64,000 nucleotides of DNA from Trichinella spiralis (lineage: Eukaryota), in assembly GCF_000181795.1 (NCBI RefSeq), contig NW_003526944.1:2807504-2871503 (forward strand). Reading direction: 5' to 3'. Positions 55,458 through 64,000 of the stretch are shown here, piece by piece. How positions within the stretch are numbered: the first letter of the stretch is position 1; each line of letters opens with the position of its first letter. The notes below the pieces were generated by a model, which saw only the letters and a list, made by a program, of their open reading frames with translations, ran no database searches and had not been told where the DNA came from. The position numbers and the translations under genes were made by a program.

Positions 55458-57998
55458 AACTAAATAAAAACTAAATAAGCAATTTCACAGATGCTTTTGT
55501 TTGCTTGTTTTATCATTTATTTCAACTTACGTTTTTCATATGACGGTGTAAATTTCAATATTAAAGGAGTATGTACAATTGAGACTGAAAACAGTAAATG
55601 CAAAAAGTATAGATGCAAATTTCAATCACAAAGTAAAAACTAAATCCAATTACCGTATTACAATTACATGATTTTCATGTATAAGTTATGTAATATCCGT
55701 AATACGAATGACACGAGGATCATTTGCAGTAACAACGAAAGCATCAAAATAGAGAGCAGAAATTACATTTTAAAAAATCTTTCACAAATTAGATAATTCT
55801 GAGAAAAATCTGCTAGTTTTGAGAAAATATCAACAAAATTTGTTTCACTAAATTCATGATCCCGATTTGAAATTGTTAGAACTCCTAAGAAATTACAACA
55901 ACATCGTATTGTATGACGCATAAAAAATTTACTTATGATAAATTATTTTTTAACATCTAAAAGATCTGCAAAGAAGTTAATCAGCTTAGCAGTTACATTC
56001 AAAATCATATAGTAAATAGTACTTTATTATCTCAAATTACGATATTCAAAAAATTCTTTGGATGAAAATACAGTATGATTTGTTTCTTCAATTTTTCAAC
56101 AAAGTGTAGTTTTATTTAATCAAAGATAAAGTATGTGTGTCAATTTATATGTGTAATTATTGACTGGTGAGTATTGGATTTTTTAATTTTTTAGTTTTTA
56201 TCAGCACTTCGTTATTTGTTGCGCTACAATTATGTTATTGTTCACATTAAAAAGTTTATTACTCTATATACTCCGTTCTTGAAAATTTCATTTAGTTTAT
56301 CATTATTATATGTCTATCGCATTATTAGTATTATGCATTGCATATTTTCAAAGGATGCATTATTAAGTATTTAATCAAGAATGTATCAGTTCTTCAATTA
56401 GTTATCTCTGAAAGGTAATGATGGCATCGTAAAGTATTTTTAAAATTAAGCTTTTTAAATCAACTTTTATTAATCAAAGCTTTCATTATGAAGATTTCAT
56501 AGCTTTATATAGTATTACATTTCTCAATTTTTCTGTATTGTTAGTATCTTCTATTATTTTATATTCAATGCGAGAACTTTTTTCTAATAAAATTATTTGT
56601 CACGTTTTCCTATTGAACAGCAAGAATGTTATACGTAATAATTCATTAATATTTGGCATGGTTTGCGAAATTTATCAGAGACGTAAGCATTGCTATTTTT
56701 TTGAAAATGGCATTTTGAAATGTGTCAGTAGTGCTAGATTTTGTCGTAAATTAGGGAAAATTTTTTCAACCAAAATTGTGGTATTTTTTTTCACTTATTA
56801 TCATTGTTCTTTTAAAGCATGTTTTGAAATTTTCAATTTTGCCAGGGAAGACGGCAGTAAAGATCCGCAGCATTGAAATTTGTTGATTAAATTTCTCGAT
56901 TGTGTCAGTACTCTGACTACTTTTTGACGGCTAACGTGTTTGGCGTTTCAAGCCGCTCTCTAATTTAGTTTAGTTCAGATGGATGTTCTTCTTCATACTT
57001 GAATGTTATTAATGCAAATTTCAGATCAACTATTTTTCATTTATCATACTAACTAATTTGTTCAAATGTCTTTAGAATTTGATTATTTTTTTTTAATCTA
57101 ACAAACCAGTTGTTATTCATATTTATATTTGAGGTGTTATTTTATTTATTATAATAGGATATTTTTTGACAGTCGAAATAATGTTTCAGTTTAAGTTAAA
57201 AAAATAAGTTATCGTGTGTTTTATTTATTTTAAAAATGATTTTCTTCCATTAGTTGATCGAGTTTTTGTTTTTCAATACTTTTTATATATTTAATTGCGT
57301 CTGATCCGAACTGTACGATTGATGAAAATTGAAAATTTCGAACAATTTAAGAAATGCGTAAAACTTTAGACGAACAATTAAAAAGAAAACTGGTTTTTAT
57401 TAAATTACTACTTTCTGGAGTGGTGAGTAAAAGTTGATGTTCACTTTTGAAATGTACGAGTGGTTTCGATTTCCACTTGACGGTGACTATTTTTAATAAT
57501 TGGTAACTTGTTCTGCCCTTGAGAAGATGGCTGTTTTATTTATCGTTCTGGGCGATGAGCACCAACAGTATTGTAATTGATCAAATAATTGTTATTAAAG
57601 TTTTAATAAAAGCCAAAATATTATATTGTTTATCGATCAAGTGAAACTTAGAATTATTGTTTGGTTGTATATTTATTTGTTGAACGCTTTATTTTCATAA
57701 TTTTTATTCAGTTGTTTTTATTCTTGTTGAAAGATGAATAATTGAAGATCGATTCGATTTCCAGCTTTGAGTTTGTTTGTTTGATCAATTTTAGTTGATG
57801 CAGATTTTCAAGTTTTGTTGGTATATTTTTGAATAATTTGATTCCCATCGTGCGTCGGAAATGTTTGTTTCACATTGAACGCGTCGCGCTTGTGGAAATT
57901 TGCATTTTCAAATTTATAATTTCTTATTCTATTTTTTTTTCTTGTATTTTTCAGTCTGTTTGTTGTTGTTGTTGTTGTTTTGATTATTAATTTGTGAA

Positions 57999-60900
57999 AT
58001 GGAACTGTCGAACAGTTTGTTGTTGAACGAGTCGGCTTTGAACCAACTTTCCAAGCCCAAACGGGCCGTATTCATCCACGAATGGCTGCGCTATTTGGAC
58101 CAAATTTTGCCAGTTGCTGAGAAGGTATTTTTTTATTTTTTGAAGATTAATTTAGTTGGGATTATTTTTATTTTTTGTGGTTAACGTATTTAGAGTGATA
58201 TTAAAGATTGTCAGAAGAATTTGTTGAGCCAAATGAGCTCGTTGATCAATTCTGGTCTTGGTCCACCGTCCAGGCATTTGATGGCCCGCTGTTTGGCAAC
58301 GTTGTTTTCCGTCGGCGATGCTTTCTACCTTTACGAAGCGGTCAACGTTTGCAACGATATTTTGAAAGTGAAAGACGACTCGCCCAATTATTTGCCTTCC
58401 AAATTGTACATTTATTATTATTCTGTTTGTTTGTTTTAATTTTTGTGTAAATTTGCATTTTTCACTTTTGAAGAACCGCCATCTGTTGCATTGGTGCAAT
58501 GTACAAAAGTTTGGGACGAATGGTCGGTAGATCGTTTGAAGAGACGACGCAGATATTGATTCGATCGTTGAAGAATGCTGAGGTTCGAAACGATTGAATC
58601 ATTTTTATCAGTTGATTAATTAACATTGTTTGTGTTCTTAATGGGATTTTTTCTGTGCTGTTTTAGTCGCAAAGTCGCGCCGAAATTATGAACACTCTCG
58701 CCTGTTTGGTCAGTGGTCTCGAATCTGGCGGTTCTTCGGTTCACAAGGAAATTTACAAAGTTGCCAAATCAATGCTGCTCGACCGTCAAATGGCCGTACG
58801 TTGCGCTGCAAGCAAAGTGAGCAAGCTTCTCTAGTTGTTCATTTTATTGGGATATTGTTATTTGAATTTGTCTAGATGGTGGTATTATAATTTTTCAATT
58901 TTTTAAACAGTGCATCCAAGCTCTTGTTCTGGAAGCGCAGTTTGTTTGGACACACGAACTGGAAACGCTTTGTTCCACGTGCTTCAAGGCTTTCGATGGT
59001 TGTACGCATGCTGTGAGACGTTCCATTGCCAAATTGCTCGGCTTGGTCTTGGCCACCGCTCACAATCCACCTTCCAATGGTAAAAGTGTGGAATTTATAG
59101 ATTTGCATAATTTGAATGAACAATCATTTCATTATTATTTTTTGTTGTTTGCAGCGAAACGTCTTGCTGCTGGTGTGCATCACGGCGTTGGCATGCAGCC
59201 ACCTTCGGTAAAGCCGATATCAATTGAAGACGTCTGGGCAATATTGAGTTCGGGCTTCCTGCGGGGAGGTATGGGATTTTTGAAAACGAGTACCAATTTT
59301 CACAGCGGCGTCTCGAAGGAAGTTCGCGCCGGCACGGCAATGGTATCACGTTGTTGTTTATTTCATTATTTGTTGTTTTTTATTTCTTCGAATGTGACAA
59401 CTCTTCAGGCATATGTGGAATTTTTTACGTGCCTTGGATCAAGCTGGCTTGAGAAATCACTTGCGAAGTAAAACAAAAAAAATACAAAAGCCTACTCTGG
59501 TTGGTATTTTGATTTTCAATTTTTGATAATGTTTCAGATGTGTGAGGCATTTTTTTGATCTGGTCACCAGCGGATGTCAAGGTTCCGCAGGCCACGGTGA
59601 AGCGGTATTCATTCGCCAGTGTGCGGTTTTTGCACTCAGCAATCCACTTTCGAAATTATTCTCAGAAAAGATGCAAATGATCGCCTGTAAGGAGATGGGT
59701 CAAATAATTGCCGAGCACATGAATTCTTTTGGTAAAAAAATATGTATATTTTTTGCATTGTTCTTTGACTTTTTCTTAAATTGTTTTTTTTAAATATATT
59801 TTAAGATTCGATGAGCGAAGCGGACTCGGAAAGGTCGACATTTTGGGATCTGAACGGTACCCATCATGCTGTTGAATGTCTGCTTCGGGTGTTGTCAGTG
59901 CTCGTCATGAGAATTGGTTCCGTCGCAGCTCCACTTTTTGTCGAAGCGTCCGGTATTGATTATTATTATTATTATTTGAATATTCAAATTTGATAAAAAG
60001 CATCTCTCATGAACAATAATCTGTTGTTTTCTGTTGTATTTATTATTCAATTACTTTTTTATTATATTGTGTGCATTTCAAGGAATATTGGAACCAATCT
60101 TTTCTGTTCTACTTCATCCAAGCGAACTTTGTCGCATAGCAGCTGCATGGTGCCTGCGTTGCATTTCCATTACTGTACCGTCGTTGATGACACCGCTGTT
60201 GGAACGATGCTTACTCAGGCTTGAGCACAACAAAAATTCAGCCAACGCAATATCCGGTTATTCTTGTGCCACGGCTGCATTGACCGCCGCCGTTTGCCAC
60301 TGCCCTCTTGGCATACCGAACAGTAAATGCAAGGCAAGTGTATATTTAAATTTGTAAAACAAAAAAAAAGTTTTTTTTCAAATAAATTATATATTTTTTT
60401 TAATGTAGAGATTAGTGCAACTGGCGTTGGTCATGCTGAGAACTGCTGCTCAAGATAGCAAATTAGCAATGGTGAAAACAGAATCCGGTTGGCTTTTATT
60501 ATCGGCTGCGGTTACTTTGGGTATGAAATTTTTTTTAATAATAAGTTTCAATTAATTTTGTATCAACTTTGGTTTGTTCATCTGTTTGATTACATATACA
60601 TGTATAATTCAGGCCCGCTGATGGTGAAGTCACAGTTGGCGCGTTTGCTTTCCGCTCTGAAGAGTGTCTTTCCACGCACGAAGAAAGAAGCTGAACAAGA
60701 ATTGAGCCGGGGTGACTTTTACACTTGGCAAGTGACGCTCACTTCCAGAGCCGGTTCTATGGTTTGTAAGTTCTTTTTTGCTGCTAATATTCAAATTTAT
60801 GAAATGTAAATTTTCCCTTCTTTCTTATGCTTATAATTAATTCAGTGATTCGAAATTTGTTGGTTCATTGCAAATCGTTGATCGACGAAGAAGCGATGCA

Positions 60901-63900
60901 AAAAATGCTCATTCCAATCGAAGCTGCTATTCACGAACTTGATTTGTAATTCCATTTTAATAATTTTCCATGTTTCTGTCGGTATTGACTTGATATTTTT
61001 CATAGGATGGGATCGATTTTGAAACTGCACGGTCAACAGCTTCGTAAATATTGCTCAATGTTCAAATGGCGCCTATTCGAAGCGTTGGTTCATTTGAATC
61101 CGTCTTATTATTTGAGTAAATTATAATTTTTGAATAATTGTAAATTGATGATACTTTTTTTCGATTTTTCAGGCTATTTTACAATTTTATTGCGTGAAGT
61201 TGTGTCCGAGTTCACCGTAGTCGAAGGTTCCAACGTCAACTGTACGTCACTTTTGCATGACTTTTGTTGCAACGAAGAAGCGATTCTGTTCGATTTGTCA
61301 TTTCTGCTTTGCGATTACCGTCAAATTGAAGAACTGGTGTGCAATTTTATTATTATTAGGTTTAGTAAATATTTTAATATATTTTATTCACTTCTGCTCC
61401 CGTTAGATTCATCCAATTGCTCAGAAGCCTGCTGCTGTTGCCGGTTCCGAGTTGAACGTCTTCGAGCTGTGCCTTCAAACTGATAAGGTAACTGAGATTG
61501 GTGGTAACTGATAAGCAAGGAAGGATTGGTTGAAGTTTAAATTTATTTATTTATTTATTTGTTTGTTTGTTTGTTCATCGTTGGTAATTGAGAATTTTAG
61601 ATTGCTTTCATGCAGCCGACGTTGCCATTGTCGACAGCTCTGGTGGACGCGTCGGTGATGTTGTTCGGGCACGTATTTCCATACGTGCAAAGCAAGCACC
61701 GCGTGCAAATGATGGAACACTTTGCCGACTGCATCAAACAGCTCAAAGGCGCCAAACAAGCCACTGTCCAGGGTAACGTGGTTTTGGCGTTGATTTGGTC
61801 TTTGAAAGTCAGTTTGTTGTTGATCTTTGGGGTTTTTTTTTCTTCGTCGTTCACTCATTGGTCAGTTGTGTGTTCAGAATTTGGCCGACGGTAAGCTGAG
61901 TTTGGAAAAATCCGGCAACTTGTTGGACACTGTGTTGAACTTGGTGACCAGCCTGCTGCCCTGCCCGTCAGTGGTTCTGCGCTACGCGGCCGCGGAGGCG
62001 TTCGGCCGTCTGGCCCAAGTGGCACCGGAGCCGCAATTTATTGCCGAAATGGTCCAAGTTAGCTATGACAAGTATGTTGTACAGTTGTCGAGCGTGACTT
62101 TGTTTATTTGTTTATTCTGCAATAGGTTGAAGCTTTGTCGTGACGCGAACACTCGCACCGGCCATTCGTTGGCGTTGGGCTGCTTGCATCGTTACGTCGG
62201 AGGCTTGGCCAGTGGTCATCAGTTGGACGTCAGCGTCAGCGTGCTTTTGGCGCTGGCTCAGGATACCAGCTCCCAGCTTGTTCAAGTGATGATGTTTTAC
62301 TTTTGTTCGCTTGTTTATTGGTATATTTTGCTTTTTTTGCACGTTCATTCTTCAGGTTTGGGCGTTGTATTCGTTGCGTTTGATTGCCGATTCCGGCGGT
62401 CCGATGTATCGCAGTTTTGTAGAGCCGACGTTGAATGTTTGTCTGAATCTTTTGCTATCGTCGAGTTCGTTCACGGCCAACGACGTTGGTCAGTGCGTCA
62501 GTCGACTGGTTGCCGCTTTGATCACCACCGTCGGTCCAGAGCTGCAAAGTGAAAAGAATTTTGTTTGTTTGTTTGTTTGTTTGTTTGTTTTGCATATTAT
62601 TATGTTTCAGATAATGTTGGCAGTGTTGTGAGAATAAGGTCAAATTTTTTGGTAATCAGTGCAATAATGAGTGCTCATCCGGATCCATTTGTCCAAGCGC
62701 AGTCCATCGGCTGCTATCAGCAGCTTTATCTGTTCGCTCCTCTGCATGTCGATCTTTCTCTTTTGGTTCGTCGACTTTGCGTAAGAAAGTGCAGAAAAGC
62801 TGAATTTATTTGCCACATTTCAACGGCAGTATATTATTTTGTAGTCACTTTTTACAAGTTGTCATTTAATATTGCGTCGTGCGGCTTTTTGTTGTCTGAG
62901 ACAGCTGGTGCAGCGTGAAGCTCGTCAAGTTCACCAGCATGTGCAGGCTTTAATTCCCGAAGGGCTGAACGCAGCCAAAGTACGTATAAAAGGCAGTGCT
63001 TCAGCAACGGATATTGCATCTTATTTGTCTGCACCATCTATTCAGGATAGTGTGTTGCCGGAGACTGGTATCGAGGGTGCTTTGTTTGCTGCTTTGGATG
63101 ACGAAGATGATCCGTCGGCGGTTTCGGATTTGAAAGAGATTTTGTTGAATTTGGTCCAATCGTTGGGCAGTGAAAATTTGGCCCACTGGCTCGAACTGTG
63201 CAAGGATGTGGTCGCGTCGGCCGACTGTAATCAGTCCAAAGAGGTTCCAGTTGCACAGGACGAGCAGCAAGAAGATGATGCGTGGCATGTAGCCGAGTCC
63301 AGCCGTGAGCAGGAGCGCAGTTCCCGTTGGCCGAGCAGAGTTTTTGCCGTTCAGTTGGTGCAGAAGTTGATCACCGCCTGCGAAGGCGAACGAGCCCATT
63401 TCGACTTGGCTCTTGCCAAAGAGCTTCAAATGAACGGTCGAAAAAGTGAATCTTATTATTATTATTATTGTTGGTGTTGTTGTTGTATGTTAATATGTCG
63501 GTGCAATTTTAGGTGACTATCTTGTATTGCATCTTTCTGATTTGGTACGCATGAGTTTCATGGCTGCGACTTCGAATTGCACTGAACTCAGGCTGGCAGG
63601 ACTTTCTTGTTTAAAGGTGAAAATGGTTGAGCTTTGGTTTTATATATTTTTAAATTACAAAAAAACCATTTCAGAATGTTATATCGAAATTTGCCGACGT
63701 GCCCGAGCCAGAATTTTCCGGCCATTTCATTTTGGAGCAATTCCAAGCGCAGGTAATGATTTTCATAGAAGAACTAAAACATATGTATATATGTGTATGT
63801 CGGCATTGGTTTTTCAGGTGAGCGCAGCTTTACGGCCTGCGTTTAGCATCGACACTCCGGGCAATATTACTGCACTTGCGTGTGAAGTATAGAATTATTT

Positions 63901-64000
63901 TTTTTCTATTTATTACTGGTATTCGATAAGTTTTGTTCTTGTCAGGTTTGCAGCTCTTGGATTAGCAGCGGCGTTGCGAAAGATGTGAACAATTTGCGAC
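57999..64000 (+). CDS. HEATR5B: HEAT repeat-containing protein 5 (HEATR5A/B, Laa1/SOAP-1), runs off the window end
   Basis: [14 protein letters not shown]...[93 protein letters not shown]. Confidence 0.95.

Overview
AT-rich eukaryotic genomic DNA with many short (~50-100 nt) GT-AG introns. Gene content, intron style and repeats suggest a nematode, most likely Trichinella (inference, not verified). By stitching exons by hand I find a long run of minus-strand genes: a Cys-rich secreted/GPI-type protein, Raptor, MMAA, an unannotated 89-aa gene, UGGT, SEC22, ISCA2, MRPS28, an LHFPL tetraspan and a prosaposin-like gene. These are followed by a plus-strand hypothetical gene, a minus-strand hypothetical gene, a divergent single-SANT NCoR/SMRTER/GEI-8-like gene, GDP-L-fucose synthase and the 5' part of HEATR5. 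The first ~2.6 kb looks like a composite repetitive element. No prokaryotic systems, CRISPR arrays, tRNA or rRNA were seen, and I cannot demonstrate a wholly new system. The best leads are a candidate polycistronic (operon) cluster, an obligatory UGGT intron ending in CG instead of AG, a CLEAR/HLH-30 element upstream of prosaposin, the truncated NCoR paralog, and an intronic pre-miRNA-like hairpin. Exon boundaries were read manually and may be off by a few bases.
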